NCBI RefSeq assembly: GCF_036588685.1
Contig: NC_086385.1
Span: 14,407,216 to 14,471,215, forward strand
Reading direction: 5' to 3'
Length of the DNA: 64,000 bases
Origin: Mytilus trossulus
Taxonomy: Eukaryota
Under the pieces are notes generated by a model. It was not told the origin of the DNA. It saw only the letters and a list, made by a program, of their open reading frames with translations, and searched no databases. Positions 14,800-27,785 of the stretch are shown piece by piece (position 1 is the first letter of the stretch; each line of letters opens with the position of its first letter). The position numbers and the translations under genes are program-made.

Positions 14800-15438
14800 T
14801 CAATTATTACTGAATTTACAGTATATACATGATATATAATCATGTATATATATATGTGAATATAGATTTTTTTTACAATGTACCATGGTACATGAAAATA
14901 AATCTATATAAATTCTGTGCTTTAAAAGCATTTTTTTTTTTTTCACAAATCAGGACTAGTTTGATTGAATTCTTTTTGGATTTATTATTACAGTCAATAT
15001 GCTGTGGTTGGTTATTTTTGATACACTTCTATCAATCAGCCAATCAAATTGTCTGTTTATATAAAAAACTTTCCTGATTTTAGTTAGGCAAATGTGGGTA
15101 TTTCGGACTGTTGCAACAGTTTGTTTTCTTAAATTTTTTGTTATAGTATTTTGACCAATCAAATGAATTAATGCTTATGTTAACTCATTATAGCTTAGAT
15201 AGGTTCAGCCGACAGTCTTCTCCTGTTCACTCAAATTTTACAACATATTTCAAACATTAAATCCTAAAACATTTTTCAACATAATTTTATTACATACACA
15301 TACATGTATTATATAATGAAAGAGCAGAACTGAGGCATGTAAAATTAGGCTTGGGAGACTTTTTGGAACTTTCATCTACTTTGTGCCCATTCCAACAAGG
15401 TAACAATGTTAAAGACAAAATCTGCTCCTTTTGGCTTA

Positions 15439-15629
15439 CTGTAGATTCAGAAATTATTGCAATGTTTTTATTATTGCAAAAAAATGCGACGTTGTAATAA
15501 TAACAATAATTTTAACTCGCATTTTGAAAATTTTTATTGGAATTCAACAGGATTTTTCACAGTATCACTAAAATTAAAATCGCATTTTAATCTTAAAGGA
15601 CAAAATGGCAATAATAAATGAATTTACAG
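15439..15629. mobile_element. TA-flanked MITE (CTGTA(G/A)ATTCA TIR)
   Basis: TA|CTGTAGATTCAG...TGAATTTACAG|TA; decayed relatives near 12137-12327 and 36727-36915. Confidence 0.7.
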
Positions 15630-16219
15630 TATTTAATTGTATTGTATTTCAACTCTGGTTAGTGTATAAAGGTTATGTTCATACTTGGTTTCAAGTTCAA
15701 CACATGAATCAAACCTTTAAATTTCAAGAAAGGTTTCAGGTGAAATATAAATCTCACCTTGACCTTTAATTGTAAAGTTAAATGCCTATTGTTAAATGGC
15801 ATATTTTTTCTCTCAGTCCAGTTATAACTGGATAAACAGCTGATTCAGCATTTTTACTGAGAAATGATTATTTTTTTCACTTATAAAGTTAATTTGAGTG
15901 TCAGACTAAATAAAGTAAAAACTTATCAAGAGACTATTGCCAAGGTGACATGGATCATGTTGATAACACAAAAATAAAATACCAACTTTGTGTTCAGCTG
16001 CGATTTTAATTTTTGCGATACTGAGAAAAATCCTGTTGAATTCATATAAAAAATTCACTGAGTGACCATTCATTAAAGTTAAGTTCACTCTAATTAATCA
16101 TAAATTTAACTTCATATTAAAGTATTTTGTAAAAGAATTGAATGATGAGAAAGTGGAGATCTATCTTAAAACAAAATTTAGGCAGTTAACTTATTACCAC
16201 AAGCTTCTTTTGATTTGTC

Positions 16220-16517
16220 TTTTTATGCCCCACCTATGATAGTAGAGGGGCATTATGTTTTTCTGGTCTGTGCGCCCGTTTGTCGGTCCATTCGTCCGTC
16301 CGTCTGTCCCGCCTCAGGTTAAAGTTTTTGGTCAAGGTAGTTTTTGATGAAGTTGAAGTCCAATCGACTTCAAACTTAATACACATGTTGCCTATGATAT
16401 GATCTTTCTAATTTTAATGCCAAATTAGAGATTTTACCCCAATTTCATGGTCCACTGAATATAGAAAATGATTATGCGAGTGGGGCATTCGTGTACTGAA
16501 GACACATTCTTGTTTTT
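16220..16517 (+). mobile_element. Short HINE-like element
   Basis: TTTTATGCCCCAC..AGGGGCAT, (GTCC)n, GTGGGGCAT, 3' hairpin GTGT..ACAC, T-tail. Confidence 0.8.
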
Positions 16518-17063
16518 CTCTCACTCATACACACAAATAATATGGCTTCACCTAACGACTAACGTAAGCTCCATTGAAGAACTATTGTGTTTTGAGACCT
16601 CTTAATGTCAATTTTCTCAGTATTTATACTCATTAAAAACAAGAAGTGCCCTAACATACAAAGACTTTTACCAGTAATTATTGACAGATATTTAAACAGC
16701 AGTAATCTTTTCCGACTTTTGATTTCTATTTTTGGAGTTTTATTTGAAATCCTCTTAATAAAGAAAAATGACTGTGCCTGAGATTTGACAGATAGATGGT
16801 TGTTCTATTTGTGACATCGGATTACTGATAGATTGGGGTTTAACAAGAGTGGAATTAAATATTGATCTCTATTGCGGTGTACCATACATATTGTGACAAA
16901 TCTATCTGTTTTTCTAATTCATGAATATAATAACTAGATAAAAAAAGATTGTCAACAGTTGAAAAAATCGATCCTAACAAATCAAATTTATTTTTAAACA
17001 AAAAGAAAACCTGAAGAAATATATTGTTAACACTTATTGTTGGGAGGGCAAAAAAAATAACTA

Positions 17064-17600
17064 TATAAAATAGAGAATGGAAATGGGGAATGTGTCAAAG
17101 CGACAAAAATCCGACCATAGAGTATACATCTGTGAGTGAGCCATAGGCCACCAACGATGGGTCTTCAATGTCGCGAGAAACTCCTGCACCTAAAGCATCC
17201 TAATACATGTATGATAAAACTGTTTGGGAAATGTGATTTGATTCACCCCTCCCCTTTTTTTCTCTCCAACTTTTTAACTTAAAATTTCAGAAAAGCATGT
17301 TTGTTTAATTGAAAATTTAAATGTGGTTAAAAACTCCAGAAAGAGCTTAAAAAAATTTCAGATGAGGAAAATAAAATTGAGAGTGGAAATGGGGAATGTG
17401 TCAAAGAGACAACAACTTGATCAAAGAGCAGATAACAGCGGAAGACCACCATTGGGTCTTCAACACAGCCAGAAATCAACATATCTGGAAATGGGCCTGA
17501 GATCTGGTTATAAATAAAAATGTGTGCTAGTTCAGTGAAAATGGACGCCATAATAATAACTCCACAACATATAAATGAACTAAAATTAATAAAAAATATA
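17064..17600 (-). mobile_element. Two family A copies (about 17064-17200 and 17369-17600)
   Basis: Both start ataaaa(t)t/ag agaatggaaatggggaatgtgtcaaag on +, with different truncation points. Confidence 0.75.
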
Positions 17601-17876
17601 GAAGACTAAAAAAGGCCAGGTATAGGATAAAAAAAAAAACATGTTCGTTCATTATAATTTTGTGAACTCAAATTGAGGAAAACGTTTTTTGATGCATTTT
17701 GTTATTTGATTTTGCCATGTGATTATGGACTTTCCGAAATTGAATTTCCTCTGAGTTCAGTTTTTTTGTGATTTTACTTTTTAGCATATTAAAATGATGA
17801 TAAATTATAACGTTTTAGAGTAGTTGTGATTTATATCATTTATTGGATATGTATATATAGATAATAAATATTGAAA

Positions 17877-18023
17877 AACTGGTCATTATCGTGATAATAT
17901 GGACTGCCCACAGGACAGTTGTATTGACTAAGACAGTGATAATGTGACTGAGCCGTAGGCGAGGTCTTTATCACCGTCACAGGAAATACCACTGTCCTAC
18001 GGGCTGTTCATGTATGACCAGTT
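17877..18023. repeat. Decayed long palindrome with GCC-GTA-GGC loop
   Basis: aactggtcat/atgaccagtt, aggacagt/actgtcct and gtgataa/ttatcac pairings. Confidence 0.6.
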
Positions 18024-18472
18024 CATATACAATTATCATGTTTATTTCATTGAGAAACCATGTTTTACAATTCAAATTCCTACATTAACTTCAAAAAATT
18101 TATAAAGCACACTTTAGTTAATGTATGATTTCTATTAGAAATGTCATGAAGACCAGTCATTGTAATACATGTAACTATATACGTTACTGCCATTCATTTG
18201 AATGCGATTTAAGTATATGAATACTAGATAAAGTTTCCTATAATTTTATAATTTACGAAAACATATGGTAAAGAATTCCACAATTTAAATATAAAATTGA
18301 AAACAGGAAATGTTTTTACTACAGGGACTATCATGATCTCTCTAAACAGAGGAACCATGGTCGATCATTAACATGTGCAACAGTTCATTGACGACTGGTT
18401 TTATGGTCCATTTTGTTCTGTTAATGACGGATGGAATTTATTACTGAAGAATACAGTGTCATGTGCCCCCCC

Positions 18473-20410
18473 TTTTTAGCTCACCTGTCCCGAAGGGACA
18501 AGTGAGCTTATGCCATCACTTGGCGTCCGTCGTCGTCCGTCGTCTGTCGTCGTAAACTATTTCAAGAATCTTCTCCTCTGAAACTACTGAGCCAAATACT
18601 TTCAAACTTTAACTGAATGTTCCTTAGGGTATCTAATTTATAAATTGTATCCGAAGTTATGATCTATCAACAAACATGGTCGCCATTGCTAAAAATAGAA
18701 CATAGGGGTCAAATGCAGTTTTTGGCTTATAACTCAAAAACCAAAGCATTTAGAGCAAATCTGACATGGGGTTATATTGTTTATCAGGTCAAGATCTATC
18801 TGCTCTGAAATTTTCAGATGAAGCAGACAACCCGTTGTTGGGTTGCTGCCCCTGAATTGGTAATTTTAAGGAAATTTTGCTGTTTTTGGTTATTATCTTG
18901 AATATTATTATAGATAGAGATAAACTGTAAACAGGAATAATGTTCAGCAAAGTAAGATTTACAAATAAGTCAACATGACGGAAATGGTCAGTTGACCCCT
19001 TTAGAAGTTATTGCCCTTTATAGTCAATTTTTAACCATTTTTCGTAAATCTTAGTAATCTTTTACAAAAATCTTCTCCTCTGAAACTACTGGGCCAAATA
19101 CTTCCAAACTTTAACTGAATGTTCCTTAGGATATCTAGTTTGTAAATTGTATCCGAAGTTATGATCTATCAACAAACATGGTCGCCATTGCTAAAAATAG
19201 AACATTGGGGTCAAATGCAGTTTTTGGCTTATAACTCAAAAACCAAAGCATTTTGAGCAAATCTGACATGGGATAATTATTAAGAGATAACTGTATTGTA
19301 TTTGAAGCTTTAAGGACGTCCATCGGTAGTTTTACTGTCGCAAATTTAGTTTACCTGGCGACGCGGAGCGGAGACAGGTAAACGGGTATTTGCGACAGTA
19401 AAACTACCGATGGACGTCCGCAAAGCTTCAAATACAATACAGTTATCTCTATTCTAATGCAAAACAAGTTCATTATAAAATTTTAATCATTATTTCAGTG
19501 TAAAATCTTCATTAAAGAAAATTCCGCGAAAAATTTTTATCTTCTTTGGTCCCTACACTAGGTGACGTCATAGTAATGCTTCCGGCGTCAAACATAAACA
19601 CCGGGCGTTTTATGGCTTCTGTGCCGCTTCAAAATGTAATAAAATTTGAAAAAAAAAAGAAGATTTTTAGGCGCAACAAGTGAGTTTTTTTGTTTATTAT
19701 TGTAGAAATGGCATGTCAATACATTCCGAAATTCAAAATGTCGGCTTCCCTAGTTACAGACGAGGAGATAGAGAATTTTAAGCTTCCTGTCGTCCAATCA
19801 GAACAATTGTTACAAAATAATTGCATTAGAATATTGTTTATCAGGTCAAGATCTATCTGCCCTGAAATTTTCAGATGAATCAGACAACCTGTTGTTGGGT
19901 TGCTGCCCCTGAATTGATAATTTTAAGGAAATTTTGCTGTTTTTGTTTATTTTCTTGAATATAATTATAGATAGAAATAAACTGTAAACAGCAATAATGT
20001 TCAGCAAAGTAAGATCTTCAATTAAGTCAATTTGACCAAAATTGTCAATTGACCCCTTAAGGAGTTATTGCCCTTTAAAGACTTTTTTCACAATTTGTTC
20101 ATCATGTTGACTTACTTTAAAAAATCTTCTCCTTTGAAACTGCTGTATCAATTTCAGCCAAACTTAGGCTAAATGAGTTTCAGAGTATCTAGTATAAATT
20201 TTATATTTTATTTCCTTGTATGTCAAGAAACATAGCTCCTATGGCTAAAATAGAACATAGGAGAAAATGATTATTTTTTTTGGCTTTTGAAGAAAATAGG
20301 ACGATCCAAAAAACATTTAAATAAATTGAAAAGCCAAAATAATCAGTGATGAGAGATTTAACCAAAAGAATTAAGGTGAGCGATTCAGGCTCTTGAGAGC
20401 CTCTTGTTTT
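18473..20410 (+). mobile_element. Helentron-associated non-autonomous element (HINE/DINE-1-like) with internal repeats and a nested insertion
   Basis: 5' TTTTTAGCTCACCTG..AAGTGAGC, (CGTC)n, about 500-bp repeats, 3' AGGTGAGCG, hairpin AGGCTCTTGAGAGCCT, T-tail. Confidence 0.85.
19279..19833. mobile_element. Palindrome plus inverted-repeat element nested in HINE
   Basis: About 75-bp arms over 19283-19450, 13-bp IR TATTCTAATGCAA (19450-19462, 19821-19833); host repeat resumes exactly after it. Confidence 0.85.
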
Positions 20411-20954
20411 TTTTATCCAATACTAATTCTTAACTGATATATGAAATAACATTTTTTTTTTTTTTTTTTAATATTTAGCTGGGAAAATTATAGTCAATTA
20501 ATCTATCTCGGTATGTTGAATCGTTGGTATTTAAGGGTCAGGGCTGAAGGGCATGTTATATATTCAGTAATTGATTTGTTTGAAATATTAGGTTCAAATG
20601 CTTTCAGTGCATTAAAGCATCAATTACATTTGAAAGAATTGTATAAGAAGAGAAAAGGACATTCAAACTTGTAAGTTCAAAAAATTAAAACAGACAATAG
20701 AAGAAAAAAGAAAAAAACCCAACATAAGACAAAAAGCATTATACAAAATCACTTCTTCGAGTATTAAAGAATAAGGTTACAATCTTGTTATGTCCTGCAT
20801 AGAGGTATTATTATTTTTTTTAGGTCTGTGGGTCTGTTTGTCTATCGGTTTGTCTGTCTGTTAGCTTCAGGTTAATGATTTTGGTCAATATACATGTAGG
20901 TAGTGTTTGATGAAGTTTAGGTCCAAATAAACACATGTTTCCTTTGATGAGATA

Positions 20955-21556
20955 ACTTAACATGGGTACCTTAACTCTATCACCTCAACTGGGTCACCTC
21001 AAATCAGTTACCTTCACTATTTCACCTCAAATCAGTCCCCTAAACTCAGTTCACCTCAACTGGGTCACCTCAATTTGGTTACCTTATAAAATTGAGAAAG
21101 GAAATGGGGAATGCGTCAAAGCGACAACAACCGGACCATAGAGCAGACAACAGCCGAAGGCCACCAATGTAGTGAGAAACTATTTTACCTCAGATCAGTT
21201 ACCTCAACTCATCAACTGGGTCACCTCAACTCAGTTCATCTCAACTGGGTCACCTCAACTCTGTTACCTTATAAAATTGAGATCGGAAATGGGGAATTTG
21301 TCAAAGGGACAACAACCCAACCATAGAGCAGACAACAGCCAAAGACCACCAATGTAGTAAGAAACTATTTTACCTCAAATCAGTTCACCTCAACTGGGTC
21401 ACCTCAACTGGGTCACCTTAACTGGGTCACCTCAAATCGGTTACCTAAACTCCATCATCTCAAATCAGTCACATCAAATCTGAGGCTGTTACTTCAACTC
21501 AGTTCACCTGAACTTGGTTACCTTAACTCGGTCATTTTAACTCGGTCACCTCAACA
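20955..21556. repeat. 14-15-bp minisatellite (tcacctcaactggg) with two embedded family A fragments
   Basis: Fragments at 21085-21176 and 21271-21363. Confidence 0.85.
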
Positions 21557-23491
21557 ATTTTGATGACTTACAATTGTGTTTGTTTGTGTTATCTTATATC
21601 TGATAACTTGTCAAATAGCAAAAATTTTTATCATTTAATTGTATTTGAATAAAATATTTACTGTCAATGCTGGTCAGGAAAAATTCATTGATACTTTAAT
21701 TATATTGGATACCCATTTTACATAAATTTCATTGGTAGGCAAAAAATTTCTTCAAGTTTTAACTCTATATATTAATAAACTTTCACTTTTGGCTCCATTT
21801 TTTATACATTGGTCAAGAATGGCTATAATAAAAGCATGCAAAATCTTTTGAAGAAATTACAGTAACACCCCTCTTTTTATTTGATCCTGTGAGCTGCCTA
21901 CTTCTTCTTTTGACACATATTGAAATGACCACATACTTATGATAGTTAACCATTTTGGGTGTGTCTATTGGAGAAGACTGTGGGAGAAAAAAACACATTC
22001 CATTCATGAATCTATATTGTTGCAATAGAGTTATTTTTGGGTTGAGACTGAACCACAGTACATCTAGCTCAAACTAGTAATTTCCTGATCTATGTGTTAA
22101 TATCTATTAATTAATCTGGAGTGTTGACAAGATTTTGGCAGATTTCTCGCTTATTTTTTGGTAATAACATTTCAAATGTTTCAAGATGGTGTTCAGATGA
22201 TGGAAGGCAATACATACTTATTACAGACCTGGGGTAATTAAAATTGTAATTGAATTACATGTAAAAAAAAAAAAAAAATAATATAAATGTAGTTACATGT
22301 AATTGATTAAAAAATGTAATTGCAATTACATGTGATTAATCAAAAAAATGTAAATGAAGTTACATGTTATTATTTACATGTTTGAAAGTTATTTAGAGTA
22401 ATGTGCAGTTGATGAGCATATTTTCAATTACAAGTAATTGAAAGTATTATGAATTACATCGCCCTTTCGCCTTGTATCTATGCATTGCTTTACAATTCCT
22501 TTGAAGTATTTGGAACTAAGTTTAAAACATTTCTTGCTTTTCTAATGAACAAACACATGTAAACAGCATTTTTTTTTTCATAAACTTCTACAAATAAAAA
22601 CAAATAAAAAATTGAAAAATAATAACAATTTATTGACATGAAATCTGTAAATTTGTTTTACTAACCATTAGAAAAATAATCGTAGGCGGCCTCTGGATAA
22701 ATTCTCTTACTTCACTAATTGATAATGTACAACATCGTCCCTTGGTTTTATGCCAAAGGCAATATAAAGTTCTTCCTTGAAAACTAATTGATGAATTTAC
22801 ATATATTAATTGAAATTTAATTGGTGCAAATCTTTTTTTGAGGTAAACACTTATTACAGATGCCTTTGAAACATACATATCAATTAATAGATAATAATAC
22901 AGAATAATTAGCAGAAAATAGAAAGAATAGAGAAAAATAAAACTACCAGTAAATAAGAGATAATACAGAAATTAAGGACACCAATCCAGACCAGTCACAA
23001 TGATACATGGTATACGTTTTTTTTCAGAGAAAATTGTGGTTAAACCTGGTTTTATAGCTAGCTAAACCTCCCACTTTTATGACAGTTATTGATGTGACAA
23101 GATAGATATATTGCTGTGACAACAGTGTACTTAATAAATTTGTCCTCAATTAAAAAATATTAACTACCTTTAAATTTTCTTGACTGCATGTAGGAAGGAG
23201 AATTAAAATAGTTTGACCTCAGACATTCATTAAAGATGATAGCTTACTTTATTTGACTTTTAAATCAGCTAGTTTTGTCCATGTAGTGCCATGAAAATTT
23301 TTGCCTGCTAGCCCTTTCTTTTCTTTTCATTGTTTTATTATATATTATAGTTTTAAAAGCAATGTTTGGTAATCTTATATTTTTTTTTCAAATTTTTGAA
23401 AGAAAAAGATGCCATAATGTCAAGTTTGTGAAAAGTCTAAAGAAAATCATTTCTTGCCAAATTTTTTCTTCGCTATGGATCTCAAAAACTA

Positions 23492-23647
23492 GGGTTGCTT
23501 CAATATTGTAGCATCTTCATAGATGTATATAGCTGCTATCCTTAGTCAAGATCTATGTAGCAGCTAGTCTAGCTACACGTTCAGTAGTCAAAAATCTTCA
23601 TAGCCCTATGTACATAAATGTAGCTGCTACAATATTGAATGCAACCC
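23492..23647. mobile_element. MITE with GGGTTGC-type TIR
   Basis: gggttgcttcaatattgtagc / gctacaatattgaatgcaaccc. Confidence 0.7.
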
Positions 23648-23681
23648 AGGTCAGTAACCTTTAATTTTATTTTGCTTTTAA

Positions 23682-23958
23682 GGTGGTACCCAACACTGTA
23701 AATAAAATTAAATTGAATCGTTTAATTTTCTTGAAATTTTGACAAAGTATTTACTTTCACCCTTTGACAAAAATATAAAAACTTTAAAAAATTTGAACCA
23801 ACCGTTTTATCAGAAAAATTACACTGGTTATATATATTGCAGTTTGACAAACACTTATTTTGATCATTGAGAAGCTTAATATTCCCTTAACAACACAACG
23901 TAATTAAAATGTTTAGCTGTTTTTACAGAGTTATCTCCCTGTAGTGTTAGGTACCACC
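23682..23958. mobile_element. MITE with TTAA TSD (Kolobok-like)
   Basis: TTAA|GGTGGTACCCAACACT ... AGTGTTAGGTACCACC|TTAA. Confidence 0.85.
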
Positions 23959-23979
23959 TTAAGTTCTGTTATTTATATA

Positions 23980-24123
23980 CTGTGGATTCATTATTATTCG
24001 TTGGATACCAATTTTCGTGGATTTCGTGGAAACAGACGAACCACGAAATTAAATGTTCAAAGAACATATAAGTTTTCCTCAATCCACGAAAATTGGTATC
24101 CACGAAAATAAATGAATCCACAG
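23980..24123. mobile_element. TA-flanked MITE (CTGTGGATTCATT TIR), internally deleted
   Basis: TA|CTGTGGATTCATT...AATGAATCCACAG|TA; longer copies at 33142-33352 and 63301-63508, partial at 62349-62495. Confidence 0.8.
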
Positions 24124-26049
24124 TAAGTATCAATTTATAACAGTCATTAAAAAGTTTGTACCAATGCAAGCAATTACGTTAACACCTCCATGGTTTATGG
24201 TGTACATGTTATAATTACTGGTAATTTATAGCCATATGCTCCCTAAAATGGAAAAGTTATCTACATGCAAATAAAGACATTTCCCTCCTAAATGCCATAT
24301 TGGGAATTATAGATGATAAGGTTTAAGTTGAAGAAATTTAAAGGGGATTTTCTTAAAATCAGTTCTCTTTTTATTTGACCTTTAACAAGCGTCAGCTCTA
24401 ACTCAAATTGTCAGATTTTCAACGCTAACAGCTAAGTCAAGTTCACAAAATTTAATGTTATGTAATAATGTGCTATTAATGTGAAAAAGCTATATATAGG
24501 TCAAGGCTATTATACTACATCATAATACAACTAATTGAAAATTCAGGATTAGATCAAGTTACCAATGCAAATTGATATTAATAATTGTTAAAAAAAAGTG
24601 GTATAATCAAGATATTTAAATTTTTAACCTTACATTGAAACAGAGTTTTAAGGAGACGAAATGCAAAATTGTTTATTTTTGGACAAGTATCGTTACCATT
24701 CAATTTAACCCCCCCTTTTTTTTACAGCTAAAACGATAAACAGCCAAAAAACACAGCATAAAAATCTAAATACATATACTGAGCTATACAAACCCAACCA
24801 AAAACTAGAGGTGGGCTCAGGTCTTCAAGAATTAGCAAATCCTCCTCCACATGTGGCGTCCGTAAAGTTACCTCTGTATAAAATGTTGATGGTACATAAA
24901 ATCAAGTTTAAACACCTCCTACTACCCCTGGATCCACCACTGTGGCATCAGGAAATAGAGGCTGCCACTGTGGCATCAGGAAATAGAGGATTTGAAATTT
25001 TAAGAAACAGTCTTTACGATGAAATGCTAAATCTACAGGCCCCGGAACTCAATTTTTGAAAATTTTTAGTTAGATTCTGTTGTCCTGAGTAGATATGATT
25101 TTTACAGGCCCGAGAGCAATTTTTCAAGCCGGGGCTGCCACTCAGTATGAAGACTAAAGAAAGTATAATTTGTATGGTTTTCAATGTTCACATTACTTTA
25201 AGTCCAAACTTTTGACCTACAAAATGATATGTCAGTCATATATAAATAAGTAGATCTAAGTATATCTTATCTGTCTTTTCAATGATCAAAACTGTAACTT
25301 AAACTAATCCAACTTTTATTCATCAGAAAATAAATAATAGGAGCCAATGGATTGTAATTTTTCATTTATAATAGTATTGAGATCTCTTTTTTATGTTGCT
25401 CGTAAATCAGGATGAAATTGAAAAGTGTTTTGTTGTGGTTAAAGTACAGTTATCTTAATCGAGCAGCAAAAATCTACGAATTGATTTTCTCCATGATTAA
25501 ATAATATGAAAGTATGGCATTGTTTGCGTACTATAAAGTGAGGGTGTCGAACATAGTTATATATATCAAAATTCTGGTAACCAGTAATTTTATTTCCTCT
25601 TAGTTTTTGGACCAGGTTTATGTTTGAAAGTTACGGCTCTTGGAAGGATGAGCAGTTGAAATAGGCCTCACTATATATGTAATATGAAAAAAGTATGATA
25701 TTGTTTGATTAATATTAAGTTTTGGTTTTGAAAAAGGGTTCAAGATATCAATTTGCCTTTTAAGAGTTATTTTATTTCTACTTAGTTTTTGGATCTCAGT
25801 TTATGAGTGGCGGCAGAGTGAGTGAGTGAGTGCAATATTAAGTGAGGATGAGGTTTTTAGTAACTTATCAAATTGCTTTTTGACAGTTATATTCTTTTTA
25901 GACCCAGTTTAGATTTGTTAGTAGGTCCACTTACTATGTACATGTAATGAATAGCTAAGGGATGAGCCATTGTTAAATGTATCTCATTGCATATGAGGCT
26001 ACACTTTATTAGATGTTTAGGAGGAGAAATATATACTGTAAACCAACTT

Positions 26050-26581
26050 GATCATATGATGAAGACATAATCTTTCAATCAGTTTAATTGAGGTCTGGAG
26101 CTGGCATGTCAGTTAACTGCTAGTAGTCTGTTGTTATTTATGTATTATTGTCATTTTATTTATTTTCTTTTGTTACATCTTTTTGACATCCGACTCGGAC
26201 TTCTCTTGAACTGAATTTTATTGTGCGTATTGTTATTCTTTTACTTTTCTACATTGGCTAGAGGTATAGGGGGAGGGTTGAGATCTCATAAACATGTTTA
26301 ACCCCGCCGCAATTTTGGGCCTGTCCCAAGTCAGGAGCCTCTGGCCTTTGTTAGTCTTGTATGATTATAAATTTTAGTTTCTTGTGTATAATTCGGAGTT
26401 TAGTATGACGTCCATTATCACTGTACTATTATGCATATTTTTAGGGGCCAGCTGAAGGGCACCTACGGGTGCGGGAATTCTCGCTACATTGAAGACCCAT
26501 TGGTTGCCTTCGGCTGTTGTTTGCTCTATGGTCGGGTGGTTGTCGCTTTGACTTATTCACCATTTCCTTTCTCAAATTTAT
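26050..26581 (+). mobile_element. Family A retroposon, longest copy, carries the twister
   Basis: Ends ...gttgtcgctttgac..ttcaccatttcctttctcaaatttat; interrupts a MITE between AACCAACTT and ATTTTCG. Confidence 0.8.
26256..26346 (+). ncRNA. Twister ribozyme, circularly permuted (type P5)
   Basis: P5 ggctagagg/cctctggcc; GGGG-GAGGG; U^AA-CCCC-GC; P3 cgca/tggg (1 mismatch); P4 CCTG-TCCCAAGT-CAGG-A. Matches the twister core UAA..GC..GUCCCAAG..GGA..GAGGG. Predicted cut 26299/26300. Confidence 0.8.
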
Positions 26582-26824
26582 TATTTTCGTGAGCGATTTA
26601 TTTTCGTGAGCGATTTATTTTCGTGAGCAATTTATTTTCGCGACTTTCGCGAGTAGAAAAATAACACGAATAAAAATTGTCGCGAATATGTCAATCTTTG
26701 ATCTTTCTTTATAAATTTCATCAAGGAAATCAGATAATTGCGAAATTAAATAGCCATGAAGTGGTCAAGAGAGAATAAAACGCGAAAAAAAGTATCGCGA
26801 AAATAAGTTGGTTTACAGTTTAGA

Positions 26825-27785
26825 AAATAATACTAGCTGGATTGAAAACATTGAATAATACAACCTAGATTGATAAAACATTGAATAATACTAGACAAAT
26901 TGAATTTATTGAATAATACTAGATAGATTGAATACATTGAATAATACTAAATTGATTGAAATCATTGAATAATACTAGATAGATTGAATTTATTGAATAA
27001 ATCAAGTTAGATTGAATACATTGAATAAAACAAGTTAGATTGAATACATTGAATAAAACTAGTTAGATTGAATACATTGAATAAAACTAGTTAAATTGAT
27101 AATACATTGAATAATACAACCTAGATTGAATACATTGAATAATACTAAATTGATTGAAATCATTGAATAATACTAGATAGATTGAATTTATTGAATAAAT
27201 CAAGTTAGATTGAATACATTGAATAAAACAAGTTAGATTGAATACATTGAATAAAACTAGTTAGATTGAATACATTGAATAAAACTAGTTAAATTGATAA
27301 TACATTGAATAATACAACCTAGATTGAATACATTGAATAATACAACCTAGATTGAATACATTGAATAATACAACCTAGATTGAATACATTGAATAATACT
27401 AGTTAGATTGATAATACATTGAATAACACAACCTAGATTGAATACATTGAATAACACAACCTAGATTGAATACATTGAATAACACAACCTAGATTGAATA
27501 CATTGAATAATACTAGATAGATTGAATTTATTGAATAATACCTGCTAGATTGAATGCATTGAATAGTACTTGATAGATTGAATTTATTGAATAATACTAG
27601 ATAATAGAATTTATTGAAAAAAAACTTGCTAGATTGAATATGTTGAATGATACTAGCTTGATTGAAAACATTGAATAATACAAGCTTGGTTGGATACATT
27701 GAATAATACAACCCATATTGAATAATACTAGATAGATTTAATATATTGAATAATACTTATAGATTAAATATATTAAATAATATGA
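26825..27785. repeat. 28-bp minisatellite, over 30 copies
   Basis: ctagattgaatacattgaataatacaac; includes a 198-bp higher-order duplication. Confidence 0.95.

Larger units (their letters stand above)
26036..26818. mobile_element. MITE (CTGTAAACCAACTT TIR) hosting the family A insertion
   Basis: CTGTAAACCAACTT[insert]ATTTTCG ... CGAAAATAAGTTGGTTTACAG. Confidence 0.8.

Noticed and set aside
26445-26520. HDV-like ribozyme in the family A 3' region
   Set aside because: Helices exist (cagctgaagg/ccttcggctg) but the L3, P1.1 and catalytic J4/2 pattern is absent.
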